Both the position numbers and the translations under genes were made by a program. Shown piece by piece: positions 26,137-41,989 of a DNA stretch of 64,000 bases; position 1 is the stretch's first letter; each line of letters opens with the position of its first letter. The stretch comes from Vicinamibacterales bacterium. Its GTDB lineage: Bacteria > Acidobacteriota > Vicinamibacteria > Vicinamibacterales > UBA2999. Where the stretch lies: NCBI GenBank assembly GCA_050250955.1, contig JBFWNR010000003.1:430250-494249 (forward strand). Reading direction: 5' to 3'. The notes beneath the pieces were generated by a model, which searched no databases, had not been told where the DNA came from, and was given only the letters and a program-made list of their open reading frames with translations.

Positions 26137-26479
26137 CGGAGGATTCCGGCTTGGCCGCCGGCGCGTCCGACTTCGTGTCGGTCGACGCCCCGGCCGCGGG
26201 TGCGGCGGCGCCGTCGCTCGTGGTCTTCGCCGCGCCACTGTCGGCCGCCGGCTTCTCGACCGCGTCGGCCTTGTCGGACTTGCCGTCGCCGCCCTTGCCG
26301 GCACGGGCGTAGTCGGTGATGTACCAGCCGCTGCCCTTGAACTGGATCGCCGGCGACGACAGCAGTTTCTCCACCGCGCCGCCGCAGGTCGGGCAGGTGG
26401 ATTCCGGCGGGTCGGAAAACTTCTGGATCTTCTCGAAGCGGTGACCGCACGACTGGCACTGGTATTCGTAGAGGGGCAT
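26126..26479 (-). CDS. FmdB-family zinc-ribbon protein
   Basis: MPLYEYQCQSCGH...CPTCGG...FKGSGWYITDY followed by a low-complexity tail. Confidence 0.92.
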   Translation of the reverse strand: MPLYEYQCQSCGHRFEKIQKFSDPPESTCPTCGGAVEKLLSSPAIQFKGSGWYITDYARAGKGGDGKSDKADAVEKPAADSGAAKTTSDGAAAPAAGASTDTKSDAPAAKPESSATK

Positions 26480-26489
26480 CGGGGTCGCC

Positions 26490-28142
26490 TCAGTCGAGGA
26501 CGTCGTCGGCGTGGCCGCCCAGCATCAGCTGGCGCAGCGCCCAGAACGGCGCCGCGCCGTGCGCCAGCAGCGCGTCGTGGAAGGCCCGCAGCGACGGCTT
26601 GCCTCCCTGCTGCTCCTGCCAGTCGGCGCGCAGCTTGAGGAGCATCAGCTTGCCGGCGGCGTAGACGACGTAGCCCGGATCGAACGTGCCGCGTTCGGCC
26701 TCACGTCGGGCGTGCGGTTCTTCGAGATAGGCTTCGTTCTGGAAGAAGCGGACGCCCTGCTCGACCGACCAGTCGTCGGCGTGGAGCCTGATGCCGACGA
26801 CGAGCCGGGAGAGGCGGACCAGGGCCTCGGCCAGCTGGCCGAGCTGCACCTGCGGATCACGCTTGCTGAAGCCGGCCTCGATCATCATCTGCTCGCCGTA
26901 ATGTGCCCACCCTTCGACATAGGACAGCGGTGCGATGAGGGTGGAGCGCCGCACTTTCGACTCCACCTTGCGCAGGTGCTGGAAGTGCAGGAAGTGGCCT
27001 GGAAACACCTCGTGCATCGAGATGCTCCACAGCGTCGGCAGATTCAGATCGCGCAGGTGCTCGAGCTGCTTCTCCTCGGGCCACGACCGCAGCGCGTCGG
27101 TCAGGTAATAGGTGGCGCCCGATGGCCGACTCTCGAAGGGTCCGGGCATCCACAGGCTGGCCGCCGACCAGCGCAGGAACCCGGGGCTGGGCGCCACCTG
27201 GACGTCGTCGCCATCGGGGACGTCGACGACACCGCTGCGGGCCAGGAAGGTGCGCAACTCGGCCACCTGGTCGCGGGCCGTGCCGATGAGGGCTCCGGGC
27301 GCGGGATGGGCCGACTTGGCGGCGCGCCAGGCTTCCACGGGATCGCCGCTGTCGAGGCGTCCGGCCAGGCTGCGGAACTCCTCCTGCACCCGGCCGAGTT
27401 CGCGTTCGGCGATGAGCAGCAGGCGCTCGGCGGAATGCGACAGGCCTTCGTCGAGTTCGAGTTTGCGCTCGAAGCGCTCGCGCCCGAGGCGGAACGACGC
27501 CTTGGCCTTCGGCCGGATGTCGGTCTCGAGCCAGTGGGCGTAGGCCGAGAGCGCCTGGGTGGCCTCGGCCGACGCGTCGGCGAGGTCGGCCAGCAGGTGC
27601 ATGTCGTCGAGTCCGGAGAAGGCCCGCGGCAGATCGGCGTCGATGAAGGTGACGACGCCACGGAACGTGTCGATGCCGGTCTTGACGAAGATCGGCGGCG
27701 GGTCCTTGATGTTGTCGCGCGCCGCCTGGACCAGGCGCGGCACCTGCCGCAGCTTCGACAGGACGCGGCGGGCCCGATCGGTTTCCGACGCGAACCCGAA
27801 GAGCGCCTGCGGGGCGAGACTGGCCGCGAGGATCTGGCCGTACTGGTGGGGGTCACGCTCCCACGATCGGATCGCCTCGGTTTCGAACTGGCGGGCCGCG
27901 ATATTGGCGGCGACGATCCGATGTTCGACGCGCTCGGTCGGACCGAGCGTGTCGGTGGGGATCGCCTGCAGACGACGGCCGAATCCGGCCAGCGCGCCGG
28001 CATGGCTGTCGATGGCGGTCCGGCTCAGGTCATCGAGCAGGTCGTCGTGGACGTGGTTGCCATCCAACGTCGCGCTGGTCGGGTGCGCTTCGTAGAGGTA
28101 GGCGAGGTAGTCGTCGATGAAGTGCTGGAAAGGCTCGGCCAC
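26490..28142 (-). CDS. DUF885 family protein (putative metallopeptidase fold)
   Basis: HEVFPGHFLH, YVEGWAHYGE, RAFHDALL; likely GTG start at 28142. Confidence 0.88.
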   Translation of the reverse strand: MAEPFQHFIDDYLAYLYEAHPTSATLDGNHVHDDLLDDLSRTAIDSHAGALAGFGRRLQAIPTDTLGPTERVEHRIVAANIAARQFETEAIRSWERDPHQYGQILAASLAPQALFGFASETDRARRVLSKLRQVPRLVQAARDNIKDPPPIFVKTGIDTFRGVVTFIDADLPRAFSGLDDMHLLADLADASAEATQALSAYAHWLETDIRPKAKASFRLGRERFERKLELDEGLSHSAERLLLIAERELGRVQEEFRSLAGRLDSGDPVEAWRAAKSAHPAPGALIGTARDQVAELRTFLARSGVVDVPDGDDVQVAPSPGFLRWSAASLWMPGPFESRPSGATYYLTDALRSWPEEKQLEHLRDLNLPTLWSISMHEVFPGHFLHFQHLRKVESKVRRSTLIAPLSYVEGWAHYGEQMMIEAGFSKRDPQVQLGQLAEALVRLSRLVVGIRLHADDWSVEQGVRFFQNEAYLEEPHARREAERGTFDPGYVVYAAGKLMLLKLRADWQEQQGGKPSLRAFHDALLAHGAAPFWALRQLMLGGHADDVLD

Positions 28143-28189
28143 GTCGATCCGTTGCTCGGTCCGGGGCGTCGGGGAACGAGCATCTCTCA

Positions 28190-28199
28190 ATGGTACAAT
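28190..28199. promoter_or_regulatory. Overlapping divergent -10 elements for rsmI (+) and the DUF885 gene (-)
   Basis: ATGGTACAAT reads TGgTACAAT on + and TACCAT on -, sharing the central TA. Confidence 0.5.
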
Positions 28200-28213
28200 A
28201 AAAAATCTCCACG

Positions 28214-29044
28214 ATGGCCGGCACGCTGTACGTCGTTGCCACGCCAATCGGCAACCTCGAGGACCTCACCTTTCGGGCGGCGCGGATTCTCCGCGAGGTG
28301 CCGGTGGTGGCCGCCGAGGATACCCGCCGCAGCGGGCAACTGCTGCGCCACCTGAACAGCACCGCCGCCCTGGTCAGCGTACACGCGCACAACGAGGCCG
28401 CCCGCACGCCCGGGTTGCTCCAGCGCCTGGCCCGGGGTGAGTCGGTCGCGCTGGTCAGCGATGCCGGTACGCCGGGAGTGTCCGACCCCGGAGCCCGGCT
28501 GGTCGCAGCGGCAGCCGGTGCCGGCATCCGCGTCGAACCGGTCCCTGGGCCAAGCGCGGTCATGGCGGCGCTGTCGGCTGCGGGCGTCGATGGGGGATGG
28601 TTCACGTTCGCTGGCTTCCCACCTGTTATGGGAAAAGACCGAAAAGAATGGCTGGCCAAGCTGGTGGATGCCCGGTCCAGCGGGCCGGTCGTTGCCTTCG
28701 AGGCGCCTCATAGAATCGTACAAACTCTTGTTGATATTGGACATATTGTGTATGACCAAATTGTCGTGTTTCGTGAGCTGACCAAGCTCCATGAGTCGCG
28801 CTACACGGGGTCTCCGGCTGAGTTGTCGACCCGGATTGATCCGGTTGCCGGCGAATTCACCCTGGTGATTCCGCAGCGCTCCGCACCGGACGAGGCGAGA
28901 CAGCGTCCTACGGACGACGAGATTGTGGTCATGTTCGGCCAAATGACCGATTTAACGGCTCGTGCCGCTGCACGCGAGGTGGCACGGGCGACCGGGCTGT
29001 CGGCCAACGAGGTTTACGCCATCGTCCAACGGCGCCGAGCCTGA
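28214..29044 (+). CDS. rsmI: 16S rRNA (cytidine1402-2'-O)-methyltransferase
   Basis: LYVVATPIGNLED, AAEDTR, LVSDAGTPGVSDPG, FEAPHR, RELTKLHE. Confidence 0.96.
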   Translation: MAGTLYVVATPIGNLEDLTFRAARILREVPVVAAEDTRRSGQLLRHLNSTAALVSVHAHNEAARTPGLLQRLARGESVALVSDAGTPGVSDPGARLVAAAAGAGIRVEPVPGPSAVMAALSAAGVDGGWFTFAGFPPVMGKDRKEWLAKLVDARSSGPVVAFEAPHRIVQTLVDIGHIVYDQIVVFRELTKLHESRYTGSPAELSTRIDPVAGEFTLVIPQRSAPDEARQRPTDDEIVVMFGQMTDLTARAAAREVARATGLSANEVYAIVQRRRA

Positions 29045-29108
29045 CGTTGGTCTCCACCTCGGCCGAAACTGGATTGGCGATGGTTCAGACCGGGAAGGAG
29101 CGTTCGAC

Positions 29109-30503
29109 GTGACCGACGACCTGCACGTCGTCGTATTGGCGGCTGGAAAGGGCACGCGGATGCGGTCCGCGCTGCCAAAGGTGCTACATCGGGCGGCCGG
29201 ACTGCCGCTGGTCGAGTGGGTCGTACGGGCGGCGCGCGGCCTGCGGCCGAAAAGCATCACCATCGTGCTCGGCCACGAGTCGGATCAGGTGCGCGACTGG
29301 TTCGCCGGCGCCGAGGACGTGCGGTTCGTCATCCAGGAGCCACAGCTCGGCACCGGGCACGCCCTGCTCCAGGCGGAGCGGGTACTGGCCGGGCGCCAGG
29401 GGACGGTGCTGCTGCTGTCGGGCGATGCGCCGCTCGTCACCAAGGCCAGCCTGGAGCGCCTGGTGGCACTGCGTCGGGAGGTCGGCGCGTCGGTGGCCGT
29501 GGCCACCGCCGAGCTTGCCGACCCGGCAGGTTACGGCCGGGTGATTCGTGACCCGGACGGCGCCCTGGCCCGCATCGTCGAGGACCGGGACGCCACGCCG
29601 GCCGAACGCGCGATCACCGAGATCAACAGCGGGGTCTATGCCTTTGCGCTGGCCTCGCTGTTCGATGCGCTGCGCAGTCTCGGCACGGGTAACGCCCAGG
29701 GCGAGTACTACCTGCCCGAACTGGTGGCCGTGCACCGCCGGGCCGGCCGGGTGGTAGTGGCCGACCGGGTCGGCGAAGCCGACGAGATCCGCGGCATCAA
29801 CACCCGGGCCGAACTGGCGGCGGTGGGCCGGCTGTTGCAGGAGCGCATCAACCGGGCACTCATGGCGACCGGCGTGACCCTGGTGGATCCGGCCACGGCG
29901 TACATCGGGCCGGACGTGACCATCGGCGCGGACTCCATCGTTCACCCGTTCGTGTGCCTCGAGGGGCGAACCGACGTCGGCACGGGGTGCGAGCTGCACG
30001 CCGGCGTCCGGATCGTGGAGTCGACGCTGGGGCGCGACGTCACGGTGTTCAACCACACGGTGATCGCCGACTCGACCGTGGCTGAAGGGGCTCATATTGG
30101 GCCGTTTGCCAGAATAAGGCCAAATTCGTACCTGGGAAGCGGATCTCACGTCGGAAACTTCGTCGAAGTGAAGAAGTCCAGCATCGGTGACGGGACCAAA
30201 ATTGGGCATTTGTCCTACATTGGCGACGCGTCGCTGGGAGCCGGGGTCAACATCGGTGCCGGCACGATTACCTGCAATTTCGACGGCCGCAGCAAGCACC
30301 ACACGTCTATCGGCGACAAGGCGTTTGTCGGCAGCGACTCCACTCTCGTCGCCCCGGTGACCATCGGCGCCGGCGCTTACGTCGCGGCCGGATCGGCGAT
30401 CACCGAGGATGTCCCGCCGGGCGGTCTGGGCATCGCGCGCGGCCGGCAGACCAACAAGCCGGGCTGGGCCACGGCCCGGACCGCCGCCAAGGACCACGGC
30501 TAA
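29109..30503 (+). CDS. glmU: Bifunctional UDP-GlcNAc pyrophosphorylase / GlcN-1-P acetyltransferase
   Basis: GTG after GGAAGGAG; [40 protein letters not shown], hexapeptide repeats. Confidence 0.96.
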   Translation: MTDDLHVVVLAAGKGTRMRSALPKVLHRAAGLPLVEWVVRAARGLRPKSITIVLGHESDQVRDWFAGAEDVRFVIQEPQLGTGHALLQAERVLAGRQGTVLLLSGDAPLVTKASLERLVALRREVGASVAVATAELADPAGYGRVIRDPDGALARIVEDRDATPAERAITEINSGVYAFALASLFDALRSLGTGNAQGEYYLPELVAVHRRAGRVVVADRVGEADEIRGINTRAELAAVGRLLQERINRALMATGVTLVDPATAYIGPDVTIGADSIVHPFVCLEGRTDVGTGCELHAGVRIVESTLGRDVTVFNHTVIADSTVAEGAHIGPFARIRPNSYLGSGSHVGNFVEVKKSSIGDGTKIGHLSYIGDASLGAGVNIGAGTITCNFDGRSKHHTSIGDKAFVGSDSTLVAPVTIGAGAYVAAGSAITEDVPPGGLGIARGRQTNKPGWATARTAAKDHG

Positions 30504-30529
30504 CCGCCGGCTTCGGAGACCACCAGACC

Positions 30530-32374
<1,845 letters not shown>

Positions 32375-32489
32375 CTGGCGGCTAGGGTCTAGCGGCTAGC
32401 GGCTGGTGCTCTCAGCTCCGCGTTCCAGCACCCAGCTGGTTGGGAACTGAGGGTCGAGCCACCAGCCGCCGGCCGCCAGCCGCTAGTCC
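32375..32489. repeat. Two oppositely oriented 7-bp tandem arrays (CTAGCGG then CYAGCCG-type) forming a long imperfect inverted repeat
   Basis: CTGGCGG CTAGGGT CTAGCGG CTAGCGG CTGGTGC (32375-32409) and CCAGCCG CCGGCCG CCAGCCG CTAGTCC (32462-32489). Confidence 0.8.
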
Positions 32490-34751
32490 ATGGACCTCCT
32501 CTCCTCCCTCAACCCCGAGCAGCGCGCGGCGGCGTCGCACGTCGACGGCGCACTGCTCATCCTCGCCGGGGCCGGCTCGGGCAAGACCCGGGTCATCGCC
32601 CATCGGGTCGCCTGGCTGGTGCTCGCCGGCCATGCGCAACCCGACGAGATCCTCGCCGTCACCTTCACCAACAAGGCCGCCGAGGAGATGCGGACGCGCG
32701 TCGAAGGCCTGCTCGATCGCGACTGCCGGGCGATGTGGATCTCGACGTTCCACGCCCTCTGCGCCCGGCTGCTGCGCCGCGAAGCCCACCATCTCGGCCT
32801 GTCGCGCAGCTTCACCATCTATGACTCGGCCGACCAGCAGGCGGTCGTCAAGCAGCTGATCCGCGACTACCAGCTCGACGACGCCACCTACCAGCCACGC
32901 ATGGTGCTGTCGCGGATCAGCCACGCCAAGAACCGGATGGAAGGCCCCGAGACGTTCAGCGGCGCCTGGAATCCCCGCGACAAGGAGATCGGCCGGCTCT
33001 ACGCCGGCTACCTCAAGGCCCTGGCCGACGCCAGCGCCGTCGACTTCGACGACCTGCTGCTCAAGAGCGTCGAGCTGTTCGACCGGGTCCCGGCGGTGCG
33101 CGAACGCTACGCGCGGCGCTTCCGCTTCGCGATGATCGACGAGTACCAGGACACCAACCGGCCCCAGTATCTGCTGGTCAAGCAGCTGGTGAGCGTCCAC
33201 GGCAACCTGTGCGTGGTCGGCGATCCCGACCAGTCGATCTACAAGTGGCGCGGTGCCGACGTCCGCAACATCCTCGATTTCGAACACGACTTTCCCGACG
33301 CGGTCACGGTCAAGCTGGAGCGCAACTACCGGTCCACTCAGGTGATTCTCGACGCCGCGTCCGCGGTGGTCAGCCACAACCGCGGCCGCAAGGACAAGGT
33401 GCTGTGGACCGATCAGGCCGGCGGCGCGCCGATCGTCACTTACCGCGGCGCCGATGAGCTGGACGAGGCGGATTTCATCGTCAAGACCATCCGCGGCGGA
33501 CTGGCCGGCGACGCCCGGGCGACGGCGGCGGTGCTCTACCGCACCAACGCGCAGTCACGGGCGGTCGAAGACGGGCTGCGGATGGCCGGCATCCCCTATC
33601 AGGTCCTCGGCGGCACCGGGTTCTACGAGCGCAAGGAGATCAAGGACGCGCTCGCCTACCTCAAGCTGGTCCTGAACCCGCACGACGACGTCGCCCTGCG
33701 CCGAGTCATCAACGTCCCGCCGCGCGGCATCGGCAAGGGGGTCATGGACGCCCTCGAACGCATCGACCCCGGCGCCCCCGACATCGACGCGCCGCCGCTG
33801 CTGGCCGGCCTGACCGCCGTCGAGTCGGCGCAGTCGCTGTGGGCGAAACTGGATGCCGGCGTGACGCGGGGGCTGCTCACCGGTCGGCAGCTGGCGCCCG
33901 TGCAGGCCTTTCGCGACATGCTCCTCGAGGTCACCGCCCTGGCCGGCGAGCGCAGTGTGTCGGCGGTGCTGGGCGTCCTTCTCGATCGCAGCGGCTACCT
34001 GCGGGAGCTGCGTGAAGAGCGGAGCGAAGAGGCCGACGGCCGCATCGAGAACCTGATGGAGCTGGTGTCGGCGGCGCGGGAGTACGAACTGGCGACGCCC
34101 GAAGCGAGCCTGCCCGACTTCGTGGATCGGCTGGCGCTGCTCTCCGACGTCGACAAGCCAGAGGGGAGCCGGGCGGCCAAGGTCCTGCTGATGACCCTGC
34201 ACTCGGCCAAGGGCCTGGAGTTCCCGCTGGTCGTCATCGCCGGCCTCGAGGAGGGGTTGTTCCCGCATTCCCGGGCCGTGGAGGACGAGTCGGAGCTCGA
34301 GGAGGAACGACGGCTGTGCTACGTCGGCATCACCCGGGCGCGGCGGGAGCTGGTGCTCACGAGCGCGGCCCGGCGGCGGGTCTTCGGTGAGTACCAGAGC
34401 ACCGAGCCGTCGCGCTTCCTCGACGAGATTCCGCCGGAGCTGCGTCGTCATGAGGAGTCGCTGGTGGCGATGCAGCGCGCCGCCGCCCGCGACACCCGCG
34501 GCTGGGGCTACGCGCCGAATCCCTATCGGCACCAGGCGCCGGCGCGGCGCCGCGAGTACGCCGCCGAGGACGAGGACCAGTCCGGGCGCGGTGGCCTGCG
34601 GTCCGGCGGCAAGGTCCGCCACCCGATGTTCGGGGTCGGCACCGTCGTGTCGGTGGAGGAGCTCGACGACGACCTCAAGGTCGTCGTCAAGTTCGGGTCG
34701 GTCGGCCAGAAGACCCTGCGCGCCAAGTACGCCAAGCTGGAGCTGGCGTGA
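32490..34751 (+). CDS. pcrA: ATP-dependent DNA helicase PcrA/UvrD
   Basis: AGAGSGKTR, DEYQDTN, VGDPDQSIY, LERNYRS, TLHSAKGLEF, EERRLCYVGITRA, C-terminal VRHPMFGVG domain. Confidence 0.96.
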   Translation: MDLLSSLNPEQRAAASHVDGALLILAGAGSGKTRVIAHRVAWLVLAGHAQPDEILAVTFTNKAAEEMRTRVEGLLDRDCRAMWISTFHALCARLLRREAHHLGLSRSFTIYDSADQQAVVKQLIRDYQLDDATYQPRMVLSRISHAKNRMEGPETFSGAWNPRDKEIGRLYAGYLKALADASAVDFDDLLLKSVELFDRVPAVRERYARRFRFAMIDEYQDTNRPQYLLVKQLVSVHGNLCVVGDPDQSIYKWRGADVRNILDFEHDFPDAVTVKLERNYRSTQVILDAASAVVSHNRGRKDKVLWTDQAGGAPIVTYRGADELDEADFIVKTIRGGLAGDARATAAVLYRTNAQSRAVEDGLRMAGIPYQVLGGTGFYERKEIKDALAYLKLVLNPHDDVALRRVINVPPRGIGKGVMDALERIDPGAPDIDAPPLLAGLTAVESAQSLWAKLDAGVTRGLLTGRQLAPVQAFRDMLLEVTALAGERSVSAVLGVLLDRSGYLRELREERSEEADGRIENLMELVSAAREYELATPEASLPDFVDRLALLSDVDKPEGSRAAKVLLMTLHSAKGLEFPLVVIAGLEEGLFPHSRAVEDESELEEERRLCYVGITRARRELVLTSAARRRVFGEYQSTEPSRFLDEIPPELRRHEESLVAMQRAAARDTRGWGYAPNPYRHQAPARRREYAAEDEDQSGRGGLRSGGKVRHPMFGVGTVVSVEELDDDLKVVVKFGSVGQKTLRAKYAKLELA

Positions 34752-34752
34752 C

Positions 34753-34787
34753 TCCCTGGTCGCCGGTCCCTGGTTCCCGGTCCCTGC
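34753..34787. repeat. 7-bp tandem repeat (TCCCTGG type, five degenerate units)
   Basis: TCCCTGG TCGCCGG TCCCTGG TTCCCGG TCCCTGC between convergent genes. Confidence 0.65.
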
Positions 34788-34805
34788 GCGGAGCGGGTGC
34801 GAGGT

Positions 34806-35531
34806 TTACACGCCCGCGATCCTGGTGATGATCCAGCGCCCTTCGCGCGCCTCGCCGCCGAGCGTGCCGACGGCGCGCGTCATGGTGACCGTCAGGGTTG
34901 CCGGCGCCGTCTGCCCCTGCGGGTTGCGGATCTCGGCGTCGAGGACGACGTCCTTGCTCACCATCTCGCCAGTGAACGCCGACGGATCGAACGGCGGCTG
35001 ACCCGGCTGGGTCAGCGACGCCTCGGCCGGCCCGGTTGCGTCCACGACAGCCGCGCGCGCCGCCGACACCGCCCGGGTGTATGTGGCGCTGTCCTCGCGC
35101 CACTTGTCCCACGCGGCCTTTACCACCTGCTGGGCAGGTGTCAGCCGCGCCTTCGGATCGCGCTCGAGCTTCACGACCTGTTCGATCACCGGCAGATTGG
35201 CGTTCTGGTACTCCATCTTCCGCTTGGCGAACTCCGACTCGGCGTCGCGGGCCTGGCGCTCCGCTTCGAGCAGGGACTTGAGATCCAGCGGGGTGCGGTT
35301 CTCGGGGGTGACGCTGGTGATCGTGAAGTCCTCGACCGTGCCCTGCTCGCGCGGGTCGAGCGACACCGCCGACATCATCGCCAGCGTGGTGTTGTCGCGG
35401 GCCCGGGCGGCGCGGAAGAACTGGGTGAGGAACTGCTGCTCGGGCGGACGCGAGCAGGCCGCCGCCGTCAGGGCGAGGGGTAGCACTGCGGTCACGACGG
35501 CCAGGCCTGCTCGAAGTCGATAGCGGGTCAT
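34806..35531 (-). CDS. Hypothetical lipoprotein
   Basis: SD GGGAGGA; MTRYRLRAG...LTAAAC lipobox; coiled-coil-like middle; follows gyrA. Confidence 0.8.
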   Translation of the reverse strand: MTRYRLRAGLAVVTAVLPLALTAAACSRPPEQQFLTQFFRAARARDNTTLAMMSAVSLDPREQGTVEDFTITSVTPENRTPLDLKSLLEAERQARDAESEFAKRKMEYQNANLPVIEQVVKLERDPKARLTPAQQVVKAAWDKWREDSATYTRAVSAARAAVVDATGPAEASLTQPGQPPFDPSAFTGEMVSKDVVLDAEIRNPQGQTAPATLTVTMTRAVGTLGGEAREGRWIITRIAGV

Positions 35532-35586
35532 CTCGTCCTCCCTGCGCGGGCGCAGCTCGCCCAGGCGCTGTCCGGCGGCGCGGCCG

Positions 35587-38133
35587 TCAGCCCTCGGTCG
35601 GCGGCTCGGGTGGCACGTCGGGCGGCGTCCCGTCGGGCGGCACCTCAGCCGTGTCGTCGGGCACGGCCGGATCCTCGTCACGATCGACGAGCGCCACAGA
35701 CACTACCTTGTCACCACCCTCGAGGTCCATCAGGCGGACGCCCTGCGTGGCGCGGCCGATGATCCGGATGTCCTCGGTCGGGGTGCGGAGAATCTTGCCC
35801 TGTTCGGTGATGAGCAGCAGTTCCTTGTCGTCGCCTTCGACCCGCGCGATCTGGATCACCTTGCCGTTCTTCTCGGTGATCTCGACGTTCTTCAGGCCGA
35901 GGCCGCCTCGGCTCTGGACCCGATACTCGTCGAGCGGCGTTCGCTTGCCATAGCCGAGCTCGGTGACCGTGAGCAGGGTGCCGGCCGGCGTCACCACCTC
36001 CATCGCCACGACTTCGTCGCCCTCGCGCAGGCTGATGCCGCGCACGCCGTAGGCGGTGCGGCCCATCGGCCTCACGTCGTCCTCGGGGAAGCGGATCGCC
36101 ATGCCGTCGCGCGTGCCGATGAAGATCTCGCTGGCGCCGTCGGAGACCTGCACCGCGATCACGCCGTCGCCGTCGTCGACGCCCATCGCGATGATGCCGC
36201 CGGCGCGGGGATTCGCGTAGGCGGAGAGCTCCGTCTTCTTGATGACGCCCAGCCTGGTGCCCATCACGACGTAGTGGCCGTCGTCGAACTGGCGGACGGC
36301 GACCATCGAGGCGATTCGCTCGCCCGGCTCCATCTGCACCAGGTTGGCGATCGACTTGCCGCGGCCGTCGGCGCCGACGTCGGGAATCTCGTGCACCTTC
36401 AGCCAGTAGGCGCGGCCGCGGTCCGAGAAGATCATCATGTAGGAATGCGTCGAGGCCACGTAGAGGTGGTCGACGACGTCTTCGTCGCGGGTCCGCATGC
36501 CGATGCGGCCCTTGCCGCCGCGCCGCTGCTGACGATAGGTCGAGATCGGCGTCCGCTTGATGTAGCCGGTGTCGGTGACCGTGATCGCCACGTCCTCGTC
36601 GGCAATCAGGTCCTCGATGCTGAATTCGCTCTCGTCGTCGATGATCTCGGTACGCCGCGCATCGCTGAACGTCGCCTGGGCCGCCTTCAGTTCGTCGACG
36701 ATGATCTGCAGCAGCCGGGTCTGACTGCCGAGGATGCCGCGCAGCGTCTCGACGAGCTGGAGCAGCTCGGCCAGCTCGTCGAGGATCTTCTGTCGCTCCA
36801 GGCCGGTCAGGCGCTGCAGCTGCATGTCGAGGATGGCCTGGGCCTGGATCTCCGAGAGCCCGAATTGCGTGACCAGGCCGGCCTTGGCTTCGGCGGTGGT
36901 CTTCGAGGCGCGGATCAGGGTGATGGCGGCGTCGAGGTTGTCGAGCGCGATCCGCAGCCCCTCGAGGATGTGGGCGCGGGCCTCGGCCTTGCGGAGCTCG
37001 AACTCGATCCGCCGGCGGACGACGTCGCGCCGGAAGTCGATGAAGTGCTCGACGACTTCGAGCAGCGACAGCACCCGCGGCCGGCCGGCGACGATGGCCA
37101 GCATGATGATGCCGAAGGTCTGCTGCAGCTGGGTGTGCTTGTAGAGGTTGTTGAGGACGACCTCGCCGACCTCGCCGCGCTTGAGCTCGATGACGACCCG
37201 CATGCCGTCGCGGTCCGATTCGTCGCGGATGTCGGAGATGCCTTCGATGGTCTTGTCGCGCACCAGGTCGGCGATTCGTTCGACCAGCTTGGCTTTGTTG
37301 ACCTGGTAGGGGATCTCGGTGACGACGATCTGCTGGCGGTCGGCCTTCTTCTGCTGCTCGATCTCACAGCGGGCGCGCACCTGGATGCCGCCGCGGCCGG
37401 TGACATACGCCTCGTGGATACCGCGCCGGCCGACGATGAGGCCGCCGGTGGGGAAGTCGGGCCCGGGAATCAGCCGGATCAGCTCGCGCAGTTTCTGCTC
37501 GCGGGAGAACGTCGGGCCGCCGGCCGGCGCCATCAGCGTCTGCTCGATGACCCACACCACTCCGTCGATCACCTCGCGCATGTTGTGCGGCGGGATGTTG
37601 GTGGCCATGCCGACGGCGATGCCGGTCGAGCCGTTGACGAGAAGGTTCGGGTAGACAGTGGGGAAGACCGTCGGCTCGGTGGTGGTCTCGTCGAAGTTGG
37701 GGACGTAGTCGACGGTGTCCTTGTCGAGGTCGTCCATCATCGCTTCGGCGAGGGCTTCGAGCCGCGCTTCCGTGTAGCGATAGGCCGCCGGGGTGTCGCC
37801 GTCGATCGAGCCGAAGTTGCCCTGGCCGTCGACCAGGGTCTTGCGCATGTTGAAGTCCTGGGCGAGGCGGACCAGGGTGTCGTAGGCCGGGGCGTCGCCG
37901 TGCGGATGGTAGTTGCCGATGACCTCGCCGACGATCTTGGCGCACTTGCGGTAGGCGCGGTTGCTGGCCAGCCCCATCTGCCGCATCGCATAGAGCACGC
38001 GGCGATGCGCCGGCTTCAGCCCGTCGCGCACGTCGGGAAGCGCCCGCCCGATGATCACGCTCATGGCGTAATCGAGGTACGAGCGCTTCATCTCGTCTTC
38101 GATGTTGACCGGCAGTCGTGTCTCGGAACTCAT
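35587..38133 (-). CDS. gyrA: DNA gyrase subunit A
   Basis: [25 protein letters not shown], GyrA-box QRRGGKG. Confidence 0.98.
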   Translation of the reverse strand: MSSETRLPVNIEDEMKRSYLDYAMSVIIGRALPDVRDGLKPAHRRVLYAMRQMGLASNRAYRKCAKIVGEVIGNYHPHGDAPAYDTLVRLAQDFNMRKTLVDGQGNFGSIDGDTPAAYRYTEARLEALAEAMMDDLDKDTVDYVPNFDETTTEPTVFPTVYPNLLVNGSTGIAVGMATNIPPHNMREVIDGVVWVIEQTLMAPAGGPTFSREQKLRELIRLIPGPDFPTGGLIVGRRGIHEAYVTGRGGIQVRARCEIEQQKKADRQQIVVTEIPYQVNKAKLVERIADLVRDKTIEGISDIRDESDRDGMRVVIELKRGEVGEVVLNNLYKHTQLQQTFGIIMLAIVAGRPRVLSLLEVVEHFIDFRRDVVRRRIEFELRKAEARAHILEGLRIALDNLDAAITLIRASKTTAEAKAGLVTQFGLSEIQAQAILDMQLQRLTGLERQKILDELAELLQLVETLRGILGSQTRLLQIIVDELKAAQATFSDARRTEIIDDESEFSIEDLIADEDVAITVTDTGYIKRTPISTYRQQRRGGKGRIGMRTRDEDVVDHLYVASTHSYMMIFSDRGRAYWLKVHEIPDVGADGRGKSIANLVQMEPGERIASMVAVRQFDDGHYVVMGTRLGVIKKTELSAYANPRAGGIIAMGVDDGDGVIAVQVSDGASEIFIGTRDGMAIRFPEDDVRPMGRTAYGVRGISLREGDEVVAMEVVTPAGTLLTVTELGYGKRTPLDEYRVQSRGGLGLKNVEITEKNGKVIQIARVEGDDKELLLITEQGKILRTPTEDIRIIGRATQGVRLMDLEGGDKVVSVALVDRDEDPAVPDDTAEVPPDGTPPDVPPEPPTEG

Positions 38134-38140
38134 GCGCTCC

Positions 38141-38208
38141 CTAGCCGCTGAGGCCTGCTGAGGGCCCGGTGTCCTAGCCGCTAGCCGCTGGCCGCTGGCC
38201 GCTAGCCG
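38141..38208. repeat. 7-bp tandem repeat CTAGCCG in the gyrB-gyrA spacer
   Basis: CTAGCCG at 38141, then CTAGCCG CTAGCCG CTGGCCG CTGGCCG CTAGCCG at 38174-38208. Confidence 0.85.
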
Positions 38209-38218
38209 CGTTCGAAAC

Positions 38219-41946
<3,728 letters not shown>

Positions 41947-41989
41947 GTCAGCGAAACCTCGAGACGCGGCGCGGCGGCCGCACGTTCCC

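Noticed and set aside
30504-30529. glmS ribozyme
   Set aside because: The glmU-glmS spacer is only 26 bp.
38174-38208. Heptamer arrays as CRISPR repeats or KorB operators (core TAGCCGCTA)
   Set aside because: No spacers or cas genes; the flanking TTT/AAA of the KorB operator TTTAGCSGCTAAA is absent.
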